From assembly GCA_900234795.1 (NCBI GenBank), contig LT962688.1, positions 480,001 through 512,000 on the forward strand: a stretch of 32,000 bases of DNA, given 5' to 3'. The notes under the pieces were generated by a model. The model ran no database searches, had not been told where the DNA came from, and saw nothing but the letters and a program-made list of their open reading frames with translations. A program made the position numbers and the translations under genes. Origin of the DNA: Methylorubrum extorquens. Its GTDB lineage: Bacteria > Pseudomonadota > Alphaproteobacteria > Rhizobiales > Beijerinckiaceae. This document shows positions 20,867 to 30,068 of this stretch, one piece after another; positions within the stretch are counted from its first letter, which is position 1, and the number at the start of each line of letters is the position of its first letter.

Positions 20867-21517
20867 ATGCTCGATTATGCTCAGGCGCGGCGCCTCATGG
20901 TCGATTGTCAGCTCCGGACCTTCGATGTGAACGACGTCGCGGTGCTCGATGCCTTCGACACCGTACCCCGCGAGCGCTTCGTCCCGCCGGGCCGCGAGGA
21001 CTTCGCCTATATCGATCAGACGCTGACCTTCGATACGGGCGCGGACGGGATTCGCGCGATGCCGGCCCCGATGCTGCTGGCGCGCCTGATTCAGGCGCTC
21101 AAGATTCGTCCGGGCACCCGCGCCCTCGATGTCGGCACCGGCTACGGCTACGGCGCGGCCATGCTTCGGCAGCTCGGCGCCGAGGTCGTTGCCCTGGAAT
21201 CCGACCCGGATCTCATCGGCGCCGCCCGCGAGCGCCTCGGCGACACCGTCGACCTCGTCCAGGGCGCCTTGACCGCTCCGGCCAAGGGCGGGCCTTTCGA
21301 CGCCATCCTCGTCGAGGGACGAGTCGAGGCCCGGCCGCAGGCCCTGCTCGATCAGTTGCGCGACGACGGGCGCTTGGTCTGCGTGCTCGGTCCGCACCGC
21401 AACGCCAAGGCGACCCTGTTCGTGCGGGCGGGCGATGCCTTCGGGGCACGCCCGCTCTTCGATGCCTCGCTGCCGGCCCTGAAGAGCTTCGCGACCGAAC
21501 CCGGCTTCGCGTTCTGA
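20867..21517 (+). CDS. pcm: Protein-L-isoaspartate O-methyltransferase
   Basis: MLDYAQARRLMVDCQLRTFDVND...ALDVGTGYGYGAAML (AdoMet motif)...FDAILVEG. The start is at the ATG at 20867, because the ORF-track N-terminal extension runs through tRNA-Cys. Confidence 0.85.
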   Translation: MLDYAQARRLMVDCQLRTFDVNDVAVLDAFDTVPRERFVPPGREDFAYIDQTLTFDTGADGIRAMPAPMLLARLIQALKIRPGTRALDVGTGYGYGAAMLRQLGAEVVALESDPDLIGAARERLGDTVDLVQGALTAPAKGGPFDAILVEGRVEARPQALLDQLRDDGRLVCVLGPHRNAKATLFVRAGDAFGARPLFDASLPALKSFATEPGFAF

Positions 21518-22148
21518 GCGCGCTCACAGAGCCATATCCGACCTGATTGCATCAGGGCGGCGTCTCTCGGCCTTGTTTCAACGCGCTTTCTTTCGCCGAA
21601 CCGGTGACCACTTCGTCGGAAAGCGTTTTGGCGCTCCCGGCCACCGCTCGTCTTCCCTCCGGACACGGCGGCACGGCGAGCGCTTTCTGAGCGGCACCGA
21701 GGCTGCGCCGGGGCTGTCGTCAGGCCCCTGACCCCCTCGCAATCCGGGCGCGTCGCGCCCGGCCGATGAACCGAATCCATTCCATCTCAGGCCGACTGCC
21801 GCGCCGGGTACGGTGACCGCCGAAAACCGCGCGAAAGCACGCGTGCGCGCCGGCACACGGCCATGAGGGATTAGTCCGCTGGGGTGTCGCTTTTTTGAGG
21901 CACCCGCCCGCAATCCGACGACGCGGTGCGGTAAGCCCTGTCGTCGGTAACGCAAGCTCGGCTACTCTCGGGCACGAGGCGGGCTAGCCATTCCATCGCA
22001 TGGGTGTGCATGCGGCATCCCTGTCGCGACCCTCACGGTGCGGGTCGTCCTGCAGATGTCCTCCGGGGCATCTGCTGAGGCGACGCACCGGAGCGGACAC
22101 GGCAGTGCGGCGGGACGGCATATCGAGAAACCGCAAGGGCTGATCGAC

Positions 22149-23549
22149 GTGAAAGAACGGAACCCTGCGGCGCGGTCCGCGCTTCGGCTGGCTGGCGCCG
22201 TCGTCTCGGCACTGGCTGTCGCAAGTCCGGCGGCTGCCGAGACCCTCGAGAGCGCGTTGTCCCGCGCCTATCAGGCCAACCCGGCGCTGAACGCGGCGCG
22301 GGCGAACCTGCGCGCGACCGACGAGGATGTGAATCGCTTCCAGGCCGGCTACCGACCGAACGCCGCGCTTTCGGCTGACATCGGCATCCAGCAATTCCAG
22401 GGTAAGATCGGCGGCGTCGGCGCGAGCGGGCCGATCAATCTCACGACTCGCCCGGGCGGCGCCGGCCTGACCATCAACCAGAACGTCTTCGACGGCTTTC
22501 AGACCGACAACCGGGTGCGCGCGGCCGAATCGACTGTGCTCAGCACGCGGGAAGGCCTGCGCCAGACCGAGATGAACACGCTGTTCAATGCCGCTCAGGC
22601 CTACATGAACGTCCTGAGCGACACGGCGACGTTGGAGCTTCAGCGCAACAACGTCGAGGTGCTCGAAGAGCAGCTCCGTCAGACTCGCGACCGCTTCAAT
22701 GTCGGCGAGGTGACCCGCACCGACGTCGCCCAGGCCGAAGCACGCCTCGCCGGCGCCCGCTCCCAGGTGAGCGCGGCGGAGGCGGCCCTGCGTGCCTCGA
22801 TCGGTATCTTCCGGCAGATCGTCGGCGTCGAACCGCGCCAGCTCGCCCCTGGGCGCCCGCTCGACCGCTACGTGCCGGCCTCACTCGATCAGGCGATTCT
22901 CATCGGCCTGAAGGAGCATCCGCAGATCCTGGCCTCGCTGCACGCCGTGGACGTGGCGGAGCTGCAGGTGAAGGTGAACGAAGGCGCGCTCTATCCGCAG
23001 GCCCAGATCACCGGGGCGGTGCAGCAGCGGTACGATCAGCAGTTCCCCGGCGACAACGGCGTCACCGCCTCGATCGTCGGACGGGTCAACATTCCGCTCT
23101 ATCAGGGTGGCGCCGAATACGCCGCGATCCGGCAGGCCAAGGAGAATGTCGGGCGCGCCCGCCTCGTCGCCGACCAGGACCGCGACACCATCCGCGCCTC
23201 GATCGTGCGGACCTGGGGCAATCTCGAAGCCTCGAAGGCGCAGGTGATCGCCTCGCAGGCGCAGGTTCAGGCCAACGAGGTGGCGCTGAACGGCGTGCGT
23301 GAGGAGGCTCGCGTCGGCCAGCGCACCACCCTCGACGTGCTGAACGCGCAGCAGGAACTGCTCTCCGCGCGCGTCGCCCTGATCCGCGCCCAGCGCGACC
23401 GCGTGGTGAACTCCTACGATGTCGTCCAGGCCGTCGGCCGGCTCACCGTCCGCTTCACCAGCCTGCCGGTCACCCCGTACAGCGCCCGCGAACATCTCGA
23501 TCAGGTGCGCGATCTCTGGTTCGGCCTGCGCACCCCCGACGGGCGCTGA
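22149..23549 (+). CDS. tolC: TolC family outer-membrane efflux protein
   Basis: Signal peptide RSALRLAGAVVSALAVASPAAA/ETLESAL. Typical TolC repeats are present (LESALSRAYQANPALNAARANLRA; NVGEVTRTDVAQAEARLAGA; GQRTTLDVLNAQQELLSARVALIRAQRD). The start is taken at the GTG at 22149; an upstream start is possible. Confidence 0.85.
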   Translation: MKERNPAARSALRLAGAVVSALAVASPAAAETLESALSRAYQANPALNAARANLRATDEDVNRFQAGYRPNAALSADIGIQQFQGKIGGVGASGPINLTTRPGGAGLTINQNVFDGFQTDNRVRAAESTVLSTREGLRQTEMNTLFNAAQAYMNVLSDTATLELQRNNVEVLEEQLRQTRDRFNVGEVTRTDVAQAEARLAGARSQVSAAEAALRASIGIFRQIVGVEPRQLAPGRPLDRYVPASLDQAILIGLKEHPQILASLHAVDVAELQVKVNEGALYPQAQITGAVQQRYDQQFPGDNGVTASIVGRVNIPLYQGGAEYAAIRQAKENVGRARLVADQDRDTIRASIVRTWGNLEASKAQVIASQAQVQANEVALNGVREEARVGQRTTLDVLNAQQELLSARVALIRAQRDRVVNSYDVVQAVGRLTVRFTSLPVTPYSAREHLDQVRDLWFGLRTPDGR

Positions 23550-23674
23550 CGGCCTCGCCGCGGACGACGTTTTCCTGTTGGCCGGCGGCGGACCATGGTT
23601 GATGCCGGGCAAGGCGATGCAATAGTTCGTTAACCAAGTCATCGTCTTGTCAATCGTCACCGAGTATCGTCCCG

Positions 23675-24274
23675 ATGAGCGCAGCGAGCCCTAAGGTTCA
23701 GGACAAGACGCAGGAGCCCTCCATGGAGGAGATCCTGGCTTCGATCCGCCGCATCATTGCCGACGACCAAGCTCCCAAGTCTGTCGAGGCCGAAGCGCCG
23801 CCCGCGCCGGCCCCCGCACCGCCGCCGGACGACGACGTGCTCGATCTCGCCGAAGTGGCAGAGCCGGTGCGCAAGCCCGAGCCCGTTGCCTTCGACATCC
23901 CCGAAATCGATTTCCGCATGCCGGATTTCGACCCGGAGCCGGAGCCCGATTTGGAGCCCCCGGCGGCAGCCAAGCCGGACCCCTTCGACTTTGCCCCCGA
24001 GCCGCCTCCCGCCCCGAGAGTGACCGATCGGGTCCGCGCGGCGGTCGAGGAAGAGGTGACGGAACGGCTCGTCTCGTCCAGCACCGGCGAGAGTGTCGGT
24101 CAGAACTTCCAGCTCCTCGCCCACACAGTGCTGTCGCAGAACGCCCGCACGCTCGAGGATCTCGTCAAGGACATGCTGCGGCCGATGCTGAAGAGCTGGC
24201 TCGACGAGAACCTTCCGCACATGGTCGAGCGGCTGGTGCGCATCGAGATCGAGCGGGTCGCCCGCGGGCGGTAA
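23675..24274 (+). CDS. popZ: DUF2497 / PopZ-like polar organizing protein
   Basis: The N-terminus is SMEEILASIRRIIADD, followed by a Pro/acidic linker. The C-terminus is TLEDLVKDMLRPMLKSWLDENLPHMVERLVRIEIERVARGR. The position next to valS matches other alphaproteobacteria. Confidence 0.8.
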   Translation: MSAASPKVQDKTQEPSMEEILASIRRIIADDQAPKSVEAEAPPAPAPAPPPDDDVLDLAEVAEPVRKPEPVAFDIPEIDFRMPDFDPEPEPDLEPPAAAKPDPFDFAPEPPPAPRVTDRVRAAVEEEVTERLVSSSTGESVGQNFQLLAHTVLSQNARTLEDLVKDMLRPMLKSWLDENLPHMVERLVRIEIERVARGR

Positions 24275-24597
24275 GCCGTTCGGCCCTCGATCACGGGGTG
24301 ATTGCACCACGACACTTGCAGAGCCGTCGATCGAAGCCGCTTGGGCGGCTTCGCGGCGCGAAGAGCGCCGCGCGGAGCGTGCTTTTCGGGGCATGAGCCC
24401 CGGAAAGCATCGAGCGGAGCGGCAGCCTGAGGCCGCGGAGGCGGCCGCCGGCGCTTGAGGCTAGAAGAAAACCAGGGTGATCGCTTCAAGCGATTGCCCG
24501 CGGCACTGACGGGCCGATGGTTGACGACGGCCCCGCGGCGGGCCGATAGCGGCGGCGACATCTTTTAGAACGCCGCCTCGAAAAGCCCGCCCCGCCC

Positions 24598-27318
24598 ATG
24601 ATGGACAAGACCTTCGACCCCGCCGCCGTCGAGGCGCGCGTCTCCGCGGCCTGGGAAGAGGGCCAGGCCTTCCGCGCCGGCCGCCCCGAGCGGGCCGGCG
24701 CCGAGCCCTTCAGCATTGTGATCCCGCCGCCGAACGTGACGGGCTCGCTGCATATGGGCCACGCGCTCAACAACACGATCCAGGACATCCTCGTCCGCTT
24801 CGAGCGGATGCGGGGCAAGGACGTGCTGTGGCAGCCGGGCACGGACCACGCCGGCATCGCTACGCAGATGGTGGTCGAGCGCAAGCTGATGGAGACGCAG
24901 CAGCCGGGCCGCCGCGAGCTGGGACGCGAGGAATTCCTGCGCCGGGTCTGGGCCTGGAAGGAGGAATCCGGCGGCACGATCATCGGCCAGCTCAAGCGGC
25001 TCGGTGCCTCCTGCGACTGGTCGCGGGAGCGCTTCACCATGGATGAGGGCCTGAGCCGCGCCGTGCTCAAGACCTTCGTCGATCTGCACGCGCAGGGGCT
25101 GATCTACCGCGACAAGCGCCTCGTGAACTGGGACCCGAAGTTCCAGACCGCGATCTCGGACCTCGAAGTCCAGCAGATCGAGGTGAAGGGCCATCTCTGG
25201 CACTTCGACTACCCCGTTGTGGACGAGGCCGGCACGCCGACGGGTGCGATCATCACCGTAGCGACGACCCGCCCCGAAACGATGCTCGGCGACACGGCGG
25301 TCGCCGTCCATCCGGACGACGAGCGCTACCGCGACCTCGTCGGACAGCGCGTGCGTCTTCCTCTAGTCAACCGGCTGATCCCGATCGTCGCCGACGTCTA
25401 TTCCGATCCGGAGAAGGGCACCGGCGCGGTCAAGATCACCCCGGCCCACGACTTCAACGACTTCGAGGTCGGGCGCCGCAATGGCTGCCGCCCGATCAAC
25501 GTCCTCGATGCCGAGGCGCGGATCCAGATCGCCGGCAACGCCGATTTCCTCGACGGCGCCGAGCCGGAGGACGCCGCGCTGGCGCTCGACGGCCTCGACC
25601 GGTTCGAGGCCCGCAAGCGCGTCGTCGCCCTGATGGAGGAGCGCGGCCTGCTGCGTCTGGTCGAGCCCAACACCCACGCGGTGCCGCATGGCGACCGTTC
25701 GGGCGTGGTGATCGAGCCTTACCTGACCGACCAGTGGTACGTGAACGTCAAGCCCCTGGCCGAGCGCGCCCTCCAGGCGGTGCGCGACGGGCAGACTCGC
25801 TTCGTCCCGGACAACTACGAAAAGATCTTCTTCCAGTGGCTGGAGAACATCGAGCCGTGGTGCGTCTCGCGCCAGCTCTGGTGGGGCCACCAGATCCCGG
25901 TCTGGTACGATGCCGAGGGCGGCATCTTCGTCGCCGAGAGCGAGGCGGACGCGGTCGCGCAGGCGAAAGCCAAGCACGGCCGTGAGGTCGCGCTGACCCG
26001 CGATCCCGACGTGCTCGACACGTGGTTCTCCTCCGCGCTCTGGCCGTTCTCGACGCTCGGCTGGCCGGACAAGACGCCGGAACTGGCCCGCTTCTACCCC
26101 ACCAACACCCTGGTCACGGGCAAGGACATCATCTTCTTCTGGGTCGCCCGGATGATGATGATGGGCCTGCACCTCACCGATCAGGCGCCGTTCGAGACCG
26201 TCTACCTGCACACCCTCGTCCGCGACGAGAAGGGTGCGAAGATGTCGAAGTCGAAGGGCAACGTGGTCGATCCGGTTGATCTCATCGACCGTTTCGGTGC
26301 CGACGCGCTGCGCTTCACGCTGGCCGCGCTCGCCGCCCCCGGCCGCGACATCAAGCTCGGCCCCCAGCGGGTCGAGGGCTACCGCAACTTCGCGACCAAG
26401 CTCTGGAACGCGGCGCGCTTTGCCGAGATGAACGGCTGCGAACTCAAGGCCGATTTCCGGCCCGAGGCCGTGCGCGAAACGCTCAACGCCTGGGCGCTCA
26501 CCGAGGCCGCCAAGGCGGTGGCGGAGGTGGCGCAGGGCATCACGGTCTACCGCTTCAACGATGCGGCGGCCGCGGCCTACCGCTTCGTCTGGAACGTGTT
26601 CTGCGACTGGTATCTCGAGCTCGCCAAGCCCGTGCTTCAGGGCGAGGGCGTCGATCCGGCGGCACGCGCCGAGACGCAGGCGACGGTCGCCTTCCTGATC
26701 GACCAGATCGCCAAGCTGCTGCACCCGTTCATGCCCTTCCTCACGGAGGAGCTGTGGGCGATCAAGGGGCAGGTGCTGCCGACACCGCGCGGCCTGCTCG
26801 CGCTCGAATCCTGGCCCGAGCTCTCGGCCTATACGAACAAGCAAGCCGAGGAAGAGATCGGCTGGCTGGTCGATCTGATCTCCGAGGTCCGCTCGGCCCG
26901 CTCCGAGACCAACGTGCCCGCCGGCGCCCAGGTGCCGCTGGTGCTGGTGGGTGCCGATGAGGGCGTCCGTGCTCGGGTCGAGCGTTGGAGCGAGACGCTG
27001 ACCCGCCTCGCCCGCCTCTCCGAGATCGGTTTCGCCGACGCTGCGCCGAAGAACGCCGTCCAGCTCCTCGTGCGGGGCAGCGTGGCGGCCCTTCCGCTCG
27101 AGGGCATCGTCGATCTCGCGGCTGAGGTCGCGCGGCTGAAGAAGGAGGCGGGCAAGGCGCGGGCCGAGATCGGCAAGATCGATGGCAAGCTCGGCAACGC
27201 CGACTTCCTCGCCCGCGCGCCGGAAGAGGTGGTGGACGAGCAACGCGAGCGCCGCGACGCGGAGGCGGCCCGGCTCGTCAAGATCGAGGAAGCGTTGGTC
27301 CGGCTCAGTGAGGCATGA
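24598..27318 (+). CDS. valS: Valine--tRNA ligase
   Basis: 906 aa. The HIGH motif is in PPPNVTGSLHMGHAL and the KMSKS motif is present. The C-terminus is coiled-coil. Confidence 0.97.
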   Translation: MMDKTFDPAAVEARVSAAWEEGQAFRAGRPERAGAEPFSIVIPPPNVTGSLHMGHALNNTIQDILVRFERMRGKDVLWQPGTDHAGIATQMVVERKLMETQQPGRRELGREEFLRRVWAWKEESGGTIIGQLKRLGASCDWSRERFTMDEGLSRAVLKTFVDLHAQGLIYRDKRLVNWDPKFQTAISDLEVQQIEVKGHLWHFDYPVVDEAGTPTGAIITVATTRPETMLGDTAVAVHPDDERYRDLVGQRVRLPLVNRLIPIVADVYSDPEKGTGAVKITPAHDFNDFEVGRRNGCRPINVLDAEARIQIAGNADFLDGAEPEDAALALDGLDRFEARKRVVALMEERGLLRLVEPNTHAVPHGDRSGVVIEPYLTDQWYVNVKPLAERALQAVRDGQTRFVPDNYEKIFFQWLENIEPWCVSRQLWWGHQIPVWYDAEGGIFVAESEADAVAQAKAKHGREVALTRDPDVLDTWFSSALWPFSTLGWPDKTPELARFYPTNTLVTGKDIIFFWVARMMMMGLHLTDQAPFETVYLHTLVRDEKGAKMSKSKGNVVDPVDLIDRFGADALRFTLAALAAPGRDIKLGPQRVEGYRNFATKLWNAARFAEMNGCELKADFRPEAVRETLNAWALTEAAKAVAEVAQGITVYRFNDAAAAAYRFVWNVFCDWYLELAKPVLQGEGVDPAARAETQATVAFLIDQIAKLLHPFMPFLTEELWAIKGQVLPTPRGLLALESWPELSAYTNKQAEEEIGWLVDLISEVRSARSETNVPAGAQVPLVLVGADEGVRARVERWSETLTRLARLSEIGFADAAPKNAVQLLVRGSVAALPLEGIVDLAAEVARLKKEAGKARAEIGKIDGKLGNADFLARAPEEVVDEQRERRDAEAARLVKIEEALVRLSEA

Positions 27319-28067
27319 GAAAGCTGCGGCGGCTCGGTCTGGCCTTTGCCGGACTGGCTTTGGCCGGGCTGGCCGCCGCGCTCCTCGCGCTCACGCTGTG
27401 GACGGCCCGTCCCGGTGACCCGAGCCTCTACCCGCCGGCCGAGCCGGATACGCAGACGGTGCTCCTCGTCAGCCACGGCTGGCATTCCGGTCTCGTCCTG
27501 CCGCGCGACAGCCTGACGGGGGAGGGGGCGGGCACCGCCCTACGCAATCTCGCCACGCGCTTTCGCGCCAACGACGCCCTGGAATTCGGCTGGGGCGAGG
27601 CGCGCTTCTACCGGGCGACGCCGACACTCGCCGCCTTCGACTGGCGGCTGGCCCTCTCGGCACTGTTCACGCCCGGCGGGAGCGATGGCGTGATCCAGGT
27701 CGTCGGCCTCGCACGCCCCGCCCGAGCAAGCTTCCCGCAGGCCGACATCGTCCCGGTCCCACTCTCGCGCAAAGGCTTGGCCCGGCTCCTCGCGCGCTTG
27801 GAAGCGAGCTTCCGGCTCACCGATGGCCAGCCGGCCGCTCTCGGCCCGGGGCTCTACGGCCCGAGCTTGTTCTACGAGGCGCATGGGCGTTTCTCGTACA
27901 GCAACGTCTGCAACCACTGGGCGGCGGATCTCCTCAACGCAGCGGGTTTGCCGATCACGCCGGTGCTCGACACGCATCCGTCGGGCCTCCTTGCCGACCT
28001 GCGCTGGCGCTCGGGCCTCACGGCCTCGGCGCCCGAGGAGGCGGAGCCGGACCTGTCCAAACCGTAA
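27315..28067 (+). CDS. DUF2459-like (TIGR02117-type) membrane-anchored hypothetical protein
   Basis: ATGA overlap with the valS stop. N-terminal TM/signal anchor. The VLLVSHGWHSGLVLPR motif is recalled for this family. Confidence 0.55.
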   Translation: MRKLRRLGLAFAGLALAGLAAALLALTLWTARPGDPSLYPPAEPDTQTVLLVSHGWHSGLVLPRDSLTGEGAGTALRNLATRFRANDALEFGWGEARFYRATPTLAAFDWRLALSALFTPGGSDGVIQVVGLARPARASFPQADIVPVPLSRKGLARLLARLEASFRLTDGQPAALGPGLYGPSLFYEAHGRFSYSNVCNHWAADLLNAAGLPITPVLDTHPSGLLADLRWRSGLTASAPEEAEPDLSKP

Positions 28068-28180
28068 TCTTCGCGCCATCCGGCGGTCAGGCTCCGGCCT
28101 CTAGGAGTCTCCTCACGGATCGCCGCCCCGACGTTCAACGGAAGGGCAGCCGACCGGCCCATTTCCCGTCGGAGACCTCC

Positions 28181-29692
28181 ATGACCATGACTGTCCGCCG
28201 CCGCGCCTTCGCCTCCGTCGCCGCAGCCGCCCTCGTCGCGGGCGGCGCGGCCGGGTTCGGCCTGACCGAGCCCATGACCCAGGCCTACGCCCAGGCCCTG
28301 CCCAAGACCCCGATCGAAGCGCCCGAGCACCCGCCGGGCTCGTTCGCCAACGTCGTCGACAAAGTGAAGCCGGGCGTCGTCGCCGTGAAGGTGAAGCTCG
28401 ACAACAGCGCCGACGATGACGACGACAGCGCGGGCGGCCCCAACCTGCAGCAGGTGCCGCCGCAACTGCGCGAGTTCTTCAAGCGCTTCGGCCAGGGCGG
28501 TCCGGGTGGTCAGGGCGGGCGCGGCATGCCGCAGCGTGGCGAGCGCGGCGCGGTCGGCTCGGGCTTCATCATCTCGGCGGACGGCTACGTCGTCACCAAC
28601 AACCACGTCGTCGACAAGGCCAAGACCGTGCAGGTCACGCTCGACGACAACCGCACCCTCGATGCCAAGGTGATCGGCAAGGATCCGAAGACCGACATCG
28701 CGCTCCTCAAGATCACCGAGAGCGGCAGTTACCCCTACGTCCAGTTCGGCAAGAGCGCCCCGCGCGTTGGCGACTGGGTCGTCGCCATCGGCAACCCGTT
28801 CGGCCTCGGCGGCACGGTGACGGCGGGCATCGTCTCGGCCCGCGGTCGCGACATCGGCGCCGGCCCCTACGACGACTTCCTGCAGATCGACGCGCCGATC
28901 AACAAGGGCAATTCCGGCGGCCCGACCTTCAACGTCAACGGCGAGGTCGTGGGCGTGAACACGGCGATCGCCTCGCCGTCCGGCGGCTCGGTCGGCCTCG
29001 CCTTCGCGATCCCCGCCGAGACCGTGCAGACGGTGGTCGATCAGCTCCGCACCGACGGCAAGGTGGTCCGCGGCTATCTCGGCGTGCAGGTCCAGCCGGT
29101 GACGAAGGACATCGCCGACGGGCTCGGCCTCGACAAGGCCAAGGGCGCGCTGGTCGATCACGCCGAGAACGGCACGCCCGCCGCCAAGGCCGGTTTGAAG
29201 TCGGGTGATGTGATCGAATCGGTCAACGGCGCCCCGGTCAACGATGCCCGCGACCTCTCGCGCCGCATCGCCGGCCTCAAGCCCGGCACCGAGGTGAAGC
29301 TCGCCTATCTGCGGGGCGGCAAGAGCGACGTCGCGACGGTCGAACTCGGCACGCAACCGACGGACGCCAAGGTCGCGAGCCGCAGTGACAGCACGTCCGG
29401 TGGCCAAGCGCGCCTCGGCCTGAGCCTGGCCCCTGCCAGCGAGATCGGCCTCGGCGACGAGGGCGTGGCGGTGATGGATGTCGATCCCGACGGTCCGGCC
29501 GCGGCCAAGGGCATCGCCCAGGGCGACGTGATCCTGGATGTCGCCGGCACCAGCGTCTCGAAGCCCTCCGAGGTGCAGGCGCAGATTCGCGCCGCAGAAT
29601 CGAACGGCCGCAAGGCGGTGCTGATGCGGGTGAAGAGCGCCAAGGGCCAGACCCGCTTCGTCGCCGTCGCCCTCGGCAAGAAGGAGGGCTGA
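28181..29692 (+). CDS. degP: DegP/HtrA (Do family) periplasmic serine protease, two PDZ domains
   Basis: Signal peptide. The catalytic triad contexts are TNNHVV, DIALLKI and GNSGGP. Two PDZ-like segments follow (GALVDHAENGTPAAKAGLKSGDVI; GVAVMDVDPDGPAAAKGIAQGDVI). Confidence 0.92.
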   Translation: MTMTVRRRAFASVAAAALVAGGAAGFGLTEPMTQAYAQALPKTPIEAPEHPPGSFANVVDKVKPGVVAVKVKLDNSADDDDDSAGGPNLQQVPPQLREFFKRFGQGGPGGQGGRGMPQRGERGAVGSGFIISADGYVVTNNHVVDKAKTVQVTLDDNRTLDAKVIGKDPKTDIALLKITESGSYPYVQFGKSAPRVGDWVVAIGNPFGLGGTVTAGIVSARGRDIGAGPYDDFLQIDAPINKGNSGGPTFNVNGEVVGVNTAIASPSGGSVGLAFAIPAETVQTVVDQLRTDGKVVRGYLGVQVQPVTKDIADGLGLDKAKGALVDHAENGTPAAKAGLKSGDVIESVNGAPVNDARDLSRRIAGLKPGTEVKLAYLRGGKSDVATVELGTQPTDAKVASRSDSTSGGQARLGLSLAPASEIGLGDEGVAVMDVDPDGPAAAKGIAQGDVILDVAGTSVSKPSEVQAQIRAAESNGRKAVLMRVKSAKGQTRFVAVALGKKEG

Positions 29693-29759
29693 TCCCCTCG
29701 CAGATCACGGCGGGGCCGCCTCCGGCCCCGCCGACCGCCCTGCATCTCATCCCGACTTC

Positions 29760-29787
29760 ACGCCCGCTCCTAGAGCGGGCGTTTTTT
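29760..29787 (+). terminator. Rho-independent terminator after degP
   Basis: Stem CGCCCGCTC (29761-29769), loop CTA, stem GAGCGGGCG (29773-29781), then TTTTTT (29782-29787). Confidence 0.7.
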
Positions 29788-30068
29788 CGTTCGGTCTCGA
29801 CGCTCTGCGACGCGCAGACGGCGCCTCACCAAGCGGCGCAACGGCGCGGTCCGCCGCACCCGGTTTTGCGACAAGCGTCGTTCGAGTTCGAAGGAGGCGG
29901 CACGACCCGCCTGAACGCTCTCTCAAGTTACCTGAACATCCTCAGGTCAGCTGTCTGGTCTTTATGCATAACTGCCGACTTATGAGGCTCCGACCATCGT
30001 AAGTTAAGATCCCGGAAAGGCGTCATTCGGCATAACGAGACAACATTTGTTCGCTCGACGGCAGTCTG

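Noticed and set aside
25363-27243. 626-aa minus-strand ORF inside valS, with similar cases at 27872..29407 (opposite degP) and 30108..31703 (opposite the MCP gene)
   Set aside because: All three are antisense to unambiguous housekeeping genes (HIGH/KMSKS, GNSGGP, MCP signalling hairpin). Their composition is typical of mirror-frame ORFs.
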